DNA of 64,000 bases. It comes from Ylistrum balloti. Lineage: Eukaryota. Position numbers and translations under genes: made by a program. Under the pieces are notes generated by a model that worked only from the letters and a program-made list of their open reading frames with translations, did no database searches and was not told the origin of the DNA. The stretch lies in the NCBI RefSeq assembly GCF_031769215.1, contig NW_026782084.1:62001-126000 (forward strand), in the 5' to 3' direction. Below, piece by piece: positions 25,946 through 40,187 of this stretch (position 1 is the first letter of the stretch; the number at the start of each line of letters is the position of its first letter).

Positions 25946-28900
25946 TACAATCTTCTGTAAACAAACAACAAAATAAAAATGAATAAATAAATATATATGT
26001 ATAGAAACAGCCGATGATATAGACGTATTTGGTATGGTAACCACCGCCGTTATAGTTGTATGTATTTGGTTTAGTTTCAGCCTCTGCTATAATTGTATTT
26101 CTTCAAAGGATGGTAGTCTTAAATTAAATTCTAAATGCTGCTATAAGCAAACAAATTCATAACAGAACTCTGGTTATATTATGTCAATGTATGATTTTGA
26201 GAAAGATAAATTGTACAGGTGTATTAAATTAAAAACGTTGTTTTACTTACTAATAGAAGGACGTTAAAGCTAATCATGACATAGAAGTTCAGATATTCGT
26301 TTCTTAATTCCAATTAAACATGGAAACTTATCTAGGATCACCAATGAAGATGTTTTACAATAAATACAATAAATGTTTGTAAATCAATATACTATTCTAC
26401 AAACTAAAAAGGAAAGACAATATATATATATATATTGGCGATATTTTGTTGGGAATATTTCTAAGAATGCTGGTTTGATAGTAGTATGCTATAGTTGATA
26501 CTTGATAACAACAAGGCAAGCTAAATCATGTTTTTTAAACATATTTTGTATTAACAGAATTTTATATTCTAAACTTAACTCACTCCTTAAATACGGATTC
26601 TGTTTCCTACAAATTAACATTTATCAAATATTTCCTCGTCAATAGTGTTAGTTATAATTAAATACCCTTATTGCATTATCTTAGTTAATCATGAATAAAC
26701 ATATGAATAACCGTTTTGTAATATATAAATATATATATATGTGTGTGTTGTTAAATCATTCTTTCAAATATACCATACTTACCATGATAACGATGATTTT
26801 ACGCCTTGACACAGATGTACGGGCCAGTATGGAGGGTTTCTTTAACTACTGGACAGTGGTCAAGGTTTTTATAGCCTGTGTAGCAGTATATTTATTGTCC
26901 TGTTTTCTTTTTAATGTGACAAAATCGTGATTTAAAATATTAAAAGGAATTTGTTTTTGCTGTGTATAATCAAATTTTCTTTTATGTATTTACAGTGGAC
27001 ACACTTCGGACATGTCCTGTAATTAACATGAGACCGGGTTATTCGTTTGTGCTGACCACAAATACATATGTTACGTTGTATAACAAGCAAGTAAAAGGAA
27101 AAACGGACAGGGGTGACTTAAAGGCTAACATCACACTTGGCAGTGTCCATTTGTATGTAGGTTCATACCGTCATTCCACTAAAGGAAACAATAAAAAAAA
27201 ATACAGCAATTCTTAATATGAAGGTATTCGGTATATCAATCATCCTTGTAAATATCTGTACAAGATGAAATAAAGGTAAACAGAAGTCATGTTGATATAT
27301 CTGAACATTTCTCGGATAGTAATTATATAAAAATATACAGGAGCAAAATGAATTCGCCATGATCTGAATAAGATGGTGCATTACTGCACTACTTTCACTG
27401 ATCGAGTGTAATAACTTGTTAAAAATAAAAAGTAAATTACGATTACGTTGATAAGAGACCCTGGAAATTGTAATATTTATTATGGATGTAGCTAAGTGTT
27501 TTGAAAACAGATGTCTACTTAGACGGCTACAAACAACTGAACATGAAGGATACTGGTTCCCCTCGGTATTTGGATTTCCTCTTGCTTCTATTAACAGGAT
27601 ACCATTTGGAGTATATTAAAGTAATGAGATAAATCCTTCACATAATTTCTTTAGTAACCTTAAGCATTTAAAGATTAATCAAGTTCCCCTTTTCACGACA
27701 GTTCAGTCATAAACGGATTTTTTCCTCCTTTCAAGCAATATGAGCTTAATTTCATATACAAAACGCGTTTAATAAATCTAACTTTTATTTATGACATTTT
27801 CATTAATTTTTTGTTCAGTGATTCCTCGCAAAACATGTTTACATTAATATGTTTGCTCACTCGTGTTACTATTGGAATGAATTAAAACGTGACATGCAGG
27901 TTAAGTATGAAATTAATTGAATTATGAAACCAGTGCACTAACCAACACGGATTTTGTCATTATCTATCGATATTTTGTGTGAAATCGGAATAGTCTACGG
28001 CACCATCGACCCTACAATAAGGTACAAATAAAACCTAGTACCACATTATCTAAGGTAGGACTCGATTGTAGGAAAACGCGAGATTTAGCGGGTATGGGAA
28101 TAGGCAACAAAAGGAATTCTTTAGACAATTCGTGTATGTTTATAAATATGAAAAAGAAAAATGATAAGGAGTATAAAAATGTACAAATGTTAGCGTAAAA
28201 GGGCATTAAAAGTTTATTTAAAAACTTATTTCACTGTGAATGTTGATTATGTGACGGATCGATTGTTTTGTTCTTTTCAATATCCTATCTTAATCTTCAA
28301 TATCACATGTTATACACACTTCCGTTGGACCATTAGTCCTCGAGGTTTGCTGTTTCCTGTTCGCCACATTTTCGTGCAATAGTGGCACGGCTCAGAGTTA
28401 CAAAAATATACTTAACATTGTTCTAATATTATCATATATATGAAAATCATGAAATTTATTGAATTGTAAATCTGGTGCACCTCTCGTCTAGATATTGACT
28501 TTTTTTTCGATCACATTAGGAATTCATAAGTCGGCTCCTTGGCTTCAAAATTTTGTCCCTGGGGAGTCTTTAAATGACGAAACAGCTGTATTATGCAGTT
28601 CAATTCATTGTCTGGATCTTCTCTATCTAGCTCTAAATTTGTATTAAAAATGCTATTCACTTTTCTTTTGCACAATTTTCTGACAATATGGAGAAGGACG
28701 TACCGCACTCAAGAAAATTTGATGCAAATTTCACATATCAAAACTAAATGAATTGTGTCGTGTAAACTTTAATCCATGATTTATGTTTATTGACGGACAT
28801 AAGTGCAACGACGACAGATTTTGATGCCAAATAAATACGTAAACATGAAAATAAATATGGAATTAATTTGAATCACCTGGACGATTTCTGGAAAAGAAAT

Positions 28901-28999
28901 TGATAATCATGTGTGAACTTCGCCATTATATTGGACAGAAACAATGAAGCATTTAATTATGAATAGTACATGTTGTAATTAATTCATTGAATTATCTAG

Positions 29000-29520
29000 T
29001 TGACAACATATTCGACAAGTTTGGTGCTTAGATCTTCTTAAAGACTTTTGGCATATTTATGGGAACAAACTCTGCCAACCCGTTGGCTGACTTATTTTTG
29101 TTTTCATACTAAATTGAATTTATTTCATTTCACTTTCAGATATATTGATGACGTCTTTGCGTTAAATATCAGGAGATTTATTGACCAGGTCCATCGTATA
29201 CACCCATCAGAGTTAGAAACCAAGGACACGATTGACTCTTCTACGCCAGTCTCTTGATCTCGATCTTTTCCTACAACGAAACCAGCATAGACAGCTTTCC
29301 AACAAGTTGTATGATAAGCCTGATGAGTTCAATTCACTATTGTGAATTTTCCATTTTTCGATAGCAACATGACATGCATCTCCAACCTATGGTATTTACA
29401 TGTCGCAGTTGATTCGATATGGTCCTGTTCCCAATACCACGATGTTCGTGCAACTGTTCTGCAACTGGACATACTCATAACACAGGGTTTCGAAAATTTC
29501 TGGAACATCTGGCCGTATTC
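29000..29520 (+). mobile_element. Penelope-like reverse transcriptase remnant
   Basis: Broken frames give FMGTNSANPLADLF, FRYIDDVFALN, IHPSELETKDT, KLYDKPDEFNSLIVNFPFFDSN; multiple frameshifts and stops. Confidence 0.8.
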
Positions 29521-31820
29521 TCCTTTTATTTTTTAATTAGTCTCTGTGTAAATCATTCGCTTTTTCATATTTTGCCCTAGTTTTATTGCGTCTTAGTTCG
29601 TATAATGATTATGATCATTTTGTGTTTTCTTGTTGTATATATATGTTTAATGAAATGAGTCGATGTTTTTGGCTTAATATTGTTTTTGATGTAATACTTT
29701 ACCATGGTCCCAGACATCATGCTACACGAAATGTTGATATGAAACCTCACAGGAAACATGTTAGGTTAAAGTTATTTCAACTGTCACATTGGTTTAACCA
29801 TAAAGAAATAGTATGTTTTGAATTAAAAATATATATAAGTGATTTGTCTTTTTCATATTTTAAGTGATGTTAGAGGCAAAACTTTTATAAATTCGAATAG
29901 CAAACTTCGGATTTAATAGGTATATAGTATATTGAAAAATGCTTAAATTTAATTTGTTTTCAAAGATTAAAAACAAAACAGGAAAATTGATATTATGTTA
30001 TATTCGTTTTGAGACTAAGTAGTAAGTGATTTGTGTGTAGTGTATGTTTTAACTATCCCTTGCATATTTGTGTATTACATATATAATTTTATGTTAATTT
30101 TGACCTTTTGAATGATATATAAACATGCTTTGTATGATAATAAATATGGAGTATGTTGTTTAGTCGTTTTGTAACTTTATGAGGCAAATCGACATTGGCT
30201 ATGTTTGACGACTACAGTAAAGTATTGTGGAGCGTGGTCAGTAATTTAATGAGTGACGTATCGGCGTATCTTCTCGAAAACGGGACTTGTGAAGGGTGTC
30301 AGTCTAAATATCACAGCGGACATCATGATTATTCATATGTCGCTCAGATTTTATTCATATCGACAATAAATGCAACCTGACAACCATTTAATAGTTGTAT
30401 TCATCTATAGATATTATCGTCTCTATTTGATCAAGTTTGTTGTATGGATACTTGATAAAGAACATTCCGATAATCCTAATCATATAAGTGATTGATTGAA
30501 AAGTGTAATGTGTGTTATCTGAGGCGATTAGAATGCACTGACATAACACAGAAAACACAAAATGTCATATCATTGATGTGTTATCTATTTCTATATTCCT
30601 GTAAGTATAATCCAGATTAAAAGTTAATTTCAAGCTGCATTGTAAAGGATAAAGAGGTAATACCACTTAGGGATTGGTTGCAACCACGAAAAGGGGATTG
30701 CGATGTCAGGAAATTAAATTAAAAGATAAGGAGCTAGTGAAATTTCTGTTGAAAGGCTCTATTATCTCGTGTCTTTTGTACAATTCTGGCAAAACCATCG
30801 ATGAATCGAATTTATGACCAGGAGGATAAAGTATGTGTTACTCTTATTCGATACCTTGATACACCTTAATAAATTACATGATTTCAATTCCATTTATGCC
30901 AAATACTACTCTAATGAGAATATAAAACACACCCTGATTCGTAAAGATAAGGAAAGTTTGATAATTTGTCTCATTATTAGTTTCTGTTTACCCATCTTTT
31001 ATTATGCATATAAGGCATAAACATCACTCTGCTTTATAATCCCGTTACAACCAATGTATCAAGCTACAATATGTAGTGCTGCTGATACCCTCTTTAACGT
31101 GTTACTCTACTTCATTACCATGACTATACTTTCAACATTACGTCCATAATTATGAATCATGATATCAATGTGAAAGATAGAGTTTAGCCCTAACTTGTAA
31201 ACAGGATAAAACCTCCAGTACCAAGCCCATTTCGGTAACCTCAAACCTAGAAAAATTCTTTTTTACCGAAAGTCTTGAAAATAATTCATTTCTTTGATTT
31301 TTCTCAGTCGCCTTCTAAAGTTTCAAACCTAAAACACTCAGCATCATTGTTGTGTCCTAGAAGGAGGAAATAATTGCATTATGCAATTTGATTAATCATT
31401 TAGCTCTACTGTATCCAATTCTAAAGTTGGATTGAAAGGTGCTATTCACTTGTGTATCTTTTACACAATTGTCATGTAATCTAAAAGCGTCACCAGAATA
31501 ATCTGTCGATGAGTTAAGGATAAGAAAATGTTAATATCACGCATTCTGTTCTCGGTTTGTGTTTTATTTAAATCTGTGAGCAGCATATGTTATAAAGCTC
31601 GGACTCACGAAAACAAAACAATAATCAAAGTAGTACAAAATTTATTTCTGTGGGTACAATTTATACATAGGTATAACAGGTCACTAATATTACTTTAACC
31701 ATTTTGCATTTTTTCATCTAAATATATTTATTGCTTTGAAAGAATATTTTGAAAATATTTACTATTCGATATTCAAGGACGCACATTTGTCAAAGGAGTT
31801 GACTTTCTGCTCTCATGTGT

Positions 31821-33268
31821 TCACTTCCTATCGTCAAATGGTGTGGCCCCCTTAGGACCTTTCCCCGCTGACGCTTCAGTGCTTGATTGAATTCCACCAC
31901 GTCCGATAAACCCATTCCCAAATCCATGTCCTGTAACCATAGGAAACCGTTGCATGTTGATAGGATTCCAATGCATCATCATATTCTGTAACATTGCATT
32001 GTGTAACATACGTGGGGACTGCCAATGCATATTCGTGTTTGGAAAGCTATGGTCTGGTCTCCGAGGAAACATATAAAATGGCAATCGACCCAAATGAATG
32101 AAGGCTTGTTGGAAAGGTTGCCGTTGAGAGAATGACCTGCCGACGTTGTGCATTGAAGGTGTGTTAAACGGAACGGTATATATATGAGGAATCCAAGAAC
32201 GAAGAGTCTGCATGGACTGCATGTTGTTATTATTACCACGGATGAATGCCGGTCGCCAGTGTCGAGCTGTTGAGTTAAACAATACAATTTCAGGTCACAA
32301 TTTTTATTTTCACATATCTATGAATTTTTGTCAATCGCATATAATTCTGTTTAATTAAAATTGCGTTTTTTCCGGCACAGAATACTTTGAAGTTGTCTTT
32401 ATTCAAATAAATAAAATAATATATGTAATTGTAAACCGCATCCTTTCAGTTTTTGAGTGAGTGATGTGTAATAGATTAATAAAAACTAATTGATAAAAAT
32501 GACAAATTGATCAATAAGTGAACAAATAGAGCGAACACTCCCCAAAACAAACACGTTTTAGAGAATTAGGCATACTTTACATACAGTCAAATCTCATTAT
32601 TTTGAACTCTTATAACTCGAAGTCCCAGAATAATTCGACGTATTTCCATCGGTTCTAGCCAAATTTTACACTTAACTCATAAATAATTTAAATCGCAAAA
32701 TATGTTCGACTGTATTATATATCTTTAAGTAATTATTGTTGACTCTTTCTAATCGATGTTTTTATTCGAAGCATTTATGTAGTCACACTGAATAACACAG
32801 AACATACTAACCTCGAACGTTATTCATCATGTGGTTAATAGCCATTGGACTAGCCATCCCTGCATTAGGCCCCCATTGACTTACACTGCGTGTAATTCGA
32901 TGAGAAAGCGTCTCTGGTTCCAACAAATAACCATCTGCAAACAGAAATTTATATCGATACCCACGTGCCTAGAAAGCTCTTTACAACATAATAATTGATA
33001 AAATTATGCATCATCATAATCACTGATGTGTTGTTTTTACGTATTTTAATGACATTTAAAAAAAATTGGTAATCAAAAACTTGTCTAACGCCTATAGATG
33101 TTGTATTATAAATGCTAAGCTTATATTTCTATTTTGTTGGTATTTCTTTACTCCAGTCAGTAAAATCAACAAATCCTACCTAATATAGCACGCAATTGTT
33201 TACTCACCTGCAATGTTGTAACGCAAAACCGTCGCCAGTCCAAGGATGAAGATAGATGGCAATAACAT
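31821..33268 (-). CDS. Secreted Met/Asn/His/Pro/Arg-rich proprotein (~209 aa) with RITR|S furin-type site
   Basis: Exons 33268-33208 (MLLPSIFILGLATVLRYNIA G|gtgagt), 32934-32812 (tttgcag|DGYLLEPETLSHRITRSVSQWGPNAGMASPMAINHMMNNVR G|gttagt; 123 nt), 32266-31821 (cag|ARHWRPAF...ATPFDDRK*). Non-coding exon ends 33508; AATAAA at 31727-31732. Confidence 0.78.
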
Positions 33269-33507
33269 TGTCTCTCGTACTTTTTTTCCCTTGTATAAAA
33301 AACATGAGATATATTACAAATGAAAGAAATATAAATTATGATAATACATAAACAACCAACGTAAAGACAGATTTCAGAATTATCCACATTAGTGCTATGA
33401 TGAATAATGTATGAATATAATTCAACTTAAAACTTTAAAGTATGTTAATGGTATAAAGTTGTATATTGCAGTTAGATATTGATATATCTTAATCAAGTAT
33501 CACTTAC

Positions 33508-33552
33508 CTCCTTAGCGGTCAGACACGTTGATTCGTCTACAAGCCTTTTATG
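33508..33552 (-). promoter_or_regulatory. TATA-like CATAAAAG and short non-coding first exon of the proprotein gene
   Basis: cttttatg 33545-33552; donor gag|gtaagt at 33508. Confidence 0.5.
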
Positions 33553-34824
33553 AGTAAGTTAATCTTACATACCATTAAAACCTGCCCATTTCACCTTTGT
33601 CATTGTAACTGACCAATGCAGGCGTGGCGTATATCCTGTCAGTACAAAACAAACATAACCCTAACTTTTAACTTGATTTCCATTTACTTACAGTAGCTCT
33701 TTCGGACTTCAGCTGTGACAGGTAAGAATACCAATGATAAACATGCAGTAATGTATTTCAATGATTTATTGTTGTCCATATTCACATTGATAATTTTTCA
33801 GTTTTTGTTTTTTTTTTATTTAAACATTTTTTTTCTGATGATGAAACATAGTAAATTAACTGTCAAACATCGGTAAATAAGATTTATAGCCTACTGAATA
33901 ATAATCCATATGAATGCAAAATTTCAGATTATGTAATACTCGAAAAACTCGTGCACCAAGGTAGATAACTCTTGTTAGTTCACTCTCATTAGTTTTTGAA
34001 TTATTTTATGATATCTTTCTATAGATTCTTCTACATCGAGTGCTGAAAACAATGAAGTACACCATTAACTGTATACTAGAACTTTTCTACTTAAGCATCG
34101 TCTATTTTGACATGCTTCAATTTTTTTTCTATTTTCAAGTCATTCATTTTCAAATATATACATTTCTGTAAATGAAACCGAGGCTTTTCTGTTTTACTTG
34201 CTGATTGTCAGACTTATCAGAAAAGAACTTCAATTAAGAGTTTATCAAAATACTTATTGGGTATAATAAAAATATGATTAGACTAACAAAACACAATTTA
34301 ATTTTTTGAAGTTACATGGTATCTTTTGTCGAATATTGGAGATTCTTGACTTCTGTTTCATTTCTTTTTGTTCTTCTGCAATATTGAAGCATATTACTCT
34401 ATATTCGGTCTGATTTCGTCTAATTTTGCACTAAAATAATAATACAAATTATTTAAATTATGTCTCATTATATTCTGTTTAATAGTTGATTTTTTTACAA
34501 TAAATATATCACAAATATTGATTACTGCAGTTCAGGAATGAACTGTACATTGCTATTACAGATACTATCATAGGCTAGGTCTAGAAGACACATGATTAAG
34601 ATGATATAAACAAATATCTGAATTACCCATCAATTTTATAATATAATGGTAAGCCGAGACACACATGTGAACAAACGTGAAGTAAAAGTGATTATTCAAG
34701 GTATACTGATAAATGTTTACTTCATTGCATGATGTCAACATATTTTTCTTGAGCGATACAAACCTCGTATGATTTAAGAAAACAATCATCTCTGTAGCGG
34801 AGTCTTCGACATATTGAAGTTTAG

Positions 34825-35227
34825 TATCACTGACGGGCCCTAGAAGGGTGAAACAGTTGTATGATGAAACGCCACTGATGAGTCCTAGAAAGACGAAACG
34901 ACTGTATGATGTAGCATCACTGACGAGCCCTAGAAGGGAAAATCAGCTGTATGATGCAACACCACTGATGAGTCCTAGAAGGACGAAACGACTGTATGAT
35001 GTAGCATCACTGACGAGTCCTAGAAGGGCGAAACAGTTGTATGATGAAACACCACTGATGAGTCCTAGAAGGACGAAACGACTGTATGATGTATCATCAC
35101 TGACGAGCCCTAGAAGGGCAAAACAGCTGTATGATGCAACACCACTGATGAGTCCTAGAAGGACGAAACGACTGTATGATATAGCATCACTGACGAGTCC
35201 TAGAAGGGCGAAACAGTTGTATGATGC
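34825..35227 (+). ncRNA. Tandem array of nine 45-nt minimal hammerhead ribozymes (alternating A/B units, 180-bp higher-order repeat)
   Basis: Each unit: 5-nt helix I strand, CUGANGA, helix II (GUCC/GCCC-UAGAA-GGAC/GGGC), GAAA, C-NNNN-G, UA, UGAUG, 3-nt spacer. CUGA cores start at 34830+45n. Units 2,4,5,6,8,9 have intact core nucleotides; 1,3,7 carry core mutations. Confidence 0.88.
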
Positions 35228-36225
35228 AGATCAATTCATTGTTTGGCTCTACCTACTGTATCAAACATTATTTTCGTTTGAAAGGTGAAATCGTTTGTGC
35301 CTTTTGTACAATCTTATGAGAGCAATGAAGTAATAAGTAAAATTTCGTATAATTATCCTCAGCTCATATAACTGATATTTTCTATTTGATTGGGTTCCCA
35401 CAGATGCCTCCGCCATTATCCAAGCAAATTGTACACGTCTTATTACCTGTTTCTATTGGGTTTATCATATTTTCTGTAGACTTTTTTATTCTATGATTTC
35501 AATTCAAGTGCCAACATTTTAATAGAATTAATGTGATTTTTTGCTTCAAATTTCTCCTCTGGACTTCTGCAGTCTGAACATTGCTGAAGAGTCCTAAAGA
35601 TGGTAAACGAGTGAACAGTACCTTTTGATTTAAATAGAGAAAAGGATACAGAGATATATTATGAATTAAACTGCATCATAAACCGTAATTCAATAATTTT
35701 CATTATTTTCATTTGTCCGATAATTTCAAAAGAAATGTCAGGTATATGTGCATATTCTGACCCGTGTCACTATTTCAATGAGTTAGAACGTGGTATACAG
35801 GTTACGGCTAACCTAATGGACTAGAACTCCATCAGCAATACCTATCACCCACAATCTTAAAGATTATACAAAAGACACATATACTATATATATAGTATAC
35901 GTTAGTTTATACAGTATCGATGAATGATTCGTTCATTATTTGTATATATGTTATACAATATCTTCAATAAATGTAATGTTTATGAATTAATCAGATGAAG
36001 TCTTTCCTCAAGGAAGCCGTTCCCCAATTTTTAAAGTGACTTCATCACAGATAGGAAGACCAATTAAACTATTTGAAATTGAATTTGATGAATAATAAGA
36101 CAACCAAGCAAAAGATATAACACTCATTCTAAGCGTATTGTGAATTATTTTCAAACAAGATTTGTTTTATCTATTTTACTTTGATTTGAAGTTTGCCTCC
36201 TAGGTTTCGAGATGCGGGTCCTAAG

Positions 36226-36268
36226 TATCACTGACGACGAGTCCTAGTAGCACGAGACGGCTACATAT
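36226..36268 (+). ncRNA. Degenerate solo hammerhead copy
   Basis: tatca ctgacgacga gtcc tagta gcac gagac: same family as the array with a duplicated CGA and altered GAAA. Confidence 0.45.
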
Positions 36269-37764
36269 AAATCTCAGAATATGTCGCCTTGTTAATTACA
36301 CATTACCTGTGAAAAGATTAGCTTACTATTTGTTTTTCTTGTTAGTAATTGTTTTGAATGCCAGTATATGTAAATTTTAAACTTTCTTTTGTGATTTCGA
36401 CTATAGTATATTAGTATACATTTTAGTACATCTATTCGGTATATATTTAGTACATTAGTATATGAGAATATATGGATGGCGTATCATAAGTTTAATTATA
36501 AAGATGAGCCAATATTATCCATCATTTACTAGAGCTTCTTTTAAATTGATGAAAATAAAAGTAATAGAAAAATTGTTATGTAGGCAGAGCAACTAACTTG
36601 AAACTGACGAGATGAGAGCTACACATAAATTAATACAAGAATAATATTTTATGTTTGATGTTTCATCGATGCAAAAATATCGCCATATCATGAAAGTGGT
36701 ATCATTTTCTTAAAACGAGTACATATGTAATGATTAAGAACGAAGTTCATAATACTATAGCTTGATGAGTAACAAGGAGCAAATCTAGACACTACACATT
36801 TTGATGTAACAGTAACAATGTAAAATTAGTATTTTGAAAATATTTATTGCATTATCTATACAGATTCTATTGTTCTGTTACCGATATTACCTTTCATTCC
36901 TGTAGACAGTCTTAAGATTTAAGCTTCTTGACGTCTTGGATTTTGACTCTAGCATCCTTGAAATCAGTTCCGAGTTGTGGACGAAGATCAAACTAAAGAT
37001 ATTATGAGTTATCCATTTATACGAATCGATATTAAATGGATTCAGGTATACAGATGTAAGTACGAAGTATTTTAATATCAGTTATAATGAGGGATGAAAC
37101 TGTTCCTGAATTAGCATAAAAATGTTTATAAATAGACATCAATATAGATCCAACGATAATTAAACTGCATAAAAAAGACCAGGCCCGCTCGTGCAAAGGT
37201 TGGTCAAAGTTAACCAGAAGTTAGTGAAAATTGAAATTGGTTCCACTGATGAAACAGGCATTTCAACGCAAAACTGATAATGCAAAATATCAATATGATC
37301 TTTTGCAACAAATATACATGTATGAAACGATAAAATATGTTAAACGTTTTGGTTAATTAATATTTGTAATTTACATTAATAATTACTTATTTCTAACCAC
37401 GCTTTGAGCAACTGGGGCAAGGTTGTACAGATGACATAACTGAAAATAGAATGAGTTCAAAATAATAATCGTGTGTTCATGCATAAATCATGTCATGTTG
37501 ATATCATGTTAACCCATCATTTATTCACTCTTGTGTGACCTCACCATCCGCTAACAGAACTAGAAACGTTTGTTGAGTGTATCTGACTCTTGCTTTTGAC
37601 AAACCATTTTATCACGACATGTCAATTTCTGGCTTTGAACAAGGTGTACATAGCAGAGCTGAATATGAAATCTGTGATGCTGGGATGACCCCGTGCAGCT
37701 TACAACACTTGGTTCCAGGATGAGATATATGTCAATCCGATGACAAGTTCCTGTTGTTGGAGGG

Positions 37765-37833
37765 TATAAATGGAAGATAAGGACCTCTTTACGGTGCCAA
37801 GAGCCATTTCATATCAAGCCAGTAGCTGTTCAG
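37765..37833 (+). promoter_or_regulatory. TATA box and probable non-coding first exon of the Met-rich gene at 40188
   Basis: tataaat 37765-37771; donor cag|gtaagt at 37833; a matching acceptor ctcttttttcag lies at 40162. Linkage inferred from the shared architecture. Confidence 0.55.
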
Positions 37834-40187
37834 GTAAGTTACGAATATGAATAACTATAACCCATTAGAGGCTAATTTTTAGATAGAGTAGAATTTTACC
37901 TTCAGATTGTTTCAGTTTCCATGTATTTTGTCAGTACTAGCGATGAATGACTCGTGAATACTAATCATTTCTTCTTTTTAAAAGAGCAATATTCATATGG
38001 TTGAAAAGTAAATACATCAAAAGTCAATATTTCGAAAGCTATGTATTACAGGGATTATAATGATGATAAAATAATAAATTTTCGAGATGTCAAAAGTGCC
38101 GAGATCATAAGATGATCGATACCTTATGCATTCATAGAGTAATGAATGTTGATAATTTCGATAGAGCTTTCGAAATAGTTGGAGTTTAGTAGATAAATTG
38201 GAATCCAGCATATATACAACCTTTTTTTTGGCCATATATTTTGTCTATCTTTTACTCTTCCGGAACACCTGGTCTTAATCTTCTTTTGCTTTTTCAGGAG
38301 TTTCCGTGTAAAACTTTCTTTTGTTCATATGTTGCTATAGTTTCATTGAATTTGAGTTTTGATCATGATTATGTGTACATGTTAGTATTTTGACGCTCAA
38401 TATTGTGTATTTAAACGAAATAATATTTGAAAGAATACGATATAAAAGATAAAACAATATTCTGTATAAACAAATGACAATAGTTAAGTATTACTTTTAG
38501 GGTTTCACATATCTGGTCGATGACAATTATTATGAAATTTCAAGGTAAAGTGTTTTCATATCATTGTGTTGACAATGGCATATGAAACTTTCCCGATGAG
38601 CAACTGCATATTACGTAATTTAATGAAGAAAAGTTTCATATTTGTTTACAAAATGTATATTCTAGAAAAAAAAACATTCAAAAAATACTATATATCAAAT
38701 ATATTGGACATTAAAGATATTCCAAGGTTATTTGTTACCAGTTGTGTATTTGCTAACAATACTGAAATATATTACGATAAGGTGTTTCATAGTTCATATA
38801 AAAGAATCTCGCAAAAGTAAATTCGTATTGACCCCCTTTAGAAATATATATTCAAATGCTCTGTGGTATACATTTTGCATAAAAACTTGGATTTCGAAAT
38901 TAAAAAATGATATTTGTTTTTACATGTTTGATTTGAAATTGTAACTGTGACGTTTCACAAGTTGATGCTCTGTTAAACTGTCATGGTTTTAGAGACAAAA
39001 CCTCGATTTATATTCAAGAATTTGCTGAATATTTAATATGGTCTTTGTTAGCTTTCAGGAAAAACAGAAAAAAAAACTATAAAGCAAAACCAAATTTATC
39101 TACCTAAGAGACAACGGACTTAATTTCAAGCTAGACATAATTTTGAGGTCGGCTTGATTTTGAGTTTTAGGGTGACATCTTCATATCGTCTATAAGATAC
39201 ATTTGTAAAAGTATATTAACTATTTTTTAAACTTAGATAATTCATCATATCATATATCATATCTACATATAACATTAGTGATGTTAATACCATACCTGGT
39301 TATGATCGGGAAGAGTGCAATAAAGTTCAATATATAACTTGTCGGCATAACAATATGTCTTTTTAACATTAAGTATCATTAACTCCCGAGAAAAACATAT
39401 TGCAGTTATATGATTCAATTTATTACCTTTTAATTATTTATTATGGATATAATAACCATAAATTTTCGCTACCAGACATTCTAACTTTATAAAAATGTGT
39501 CGCTATTGTTGGTATTTGTCTGGAAATATTTTAGCATGAATATGTCACAGAATGGAAATCGAGGTGATGTATAATGATGCATTATGCACAGCGCATAACA
39601 AAGCTGTATCAAAATGTATATACAAGGCACACAGACTGGACTAGAAAATGCAAGACGCAAATGTGATCATTCCTTCCATAGCCACCCAACCAACATGTTA
39701 GAGAAAACTATCAAACATTTAATTATGAGATCTATCTTGTTGCTTAAGATAGCCTCAACCTAGCGAATGCATGATTATAACAAAATAATAACATTTTAGA
39801 TTTATTTTCATCGGTTCGCTTGTTATCTAGTTTTTATGGTATAATGTATAAATGTTGATGACCAGGTCTTATATACATATAAATACATGGAGTTTCGAAA
39901 TTTCAATTTTTTAAAAAGTTTTTTATTTTGTTGTATTTTTACAGGTTTTTTAATTAAAACTATTGAAAACAAAATCAAATAGAAGCAGTCAATTTTTGTG
40001 CATTTTCAATTCATAACGTAATACATGGCCCATGTTATACTATAACATCATTATCGACTCCTGACTGACGCAGCTAATAGAAAATGCTCCAGGGTGTAGA
40101 GAACTTACTGATATATGAAAAATATGCATGGTCAAATTACGTGATTAAACCTCTTTTTTCAGAAAAGCATCAATCCCGAGTTAAAAG

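Noticed and set aside
34825-35227. CRISPR-like appearance of the short regular repeats
   Set aside because: No unique spacers, no cas genes, intron-containing eukaryotic context.
34848-35288. 146-aa repetitive ORF over the 45-bp array (and ORFs over the 30- and 57-bp arrays)
   Set aside because: Unit lengths are multiples of 3; no leader or splice context; RNA structure explains the 45-bp unit far better.
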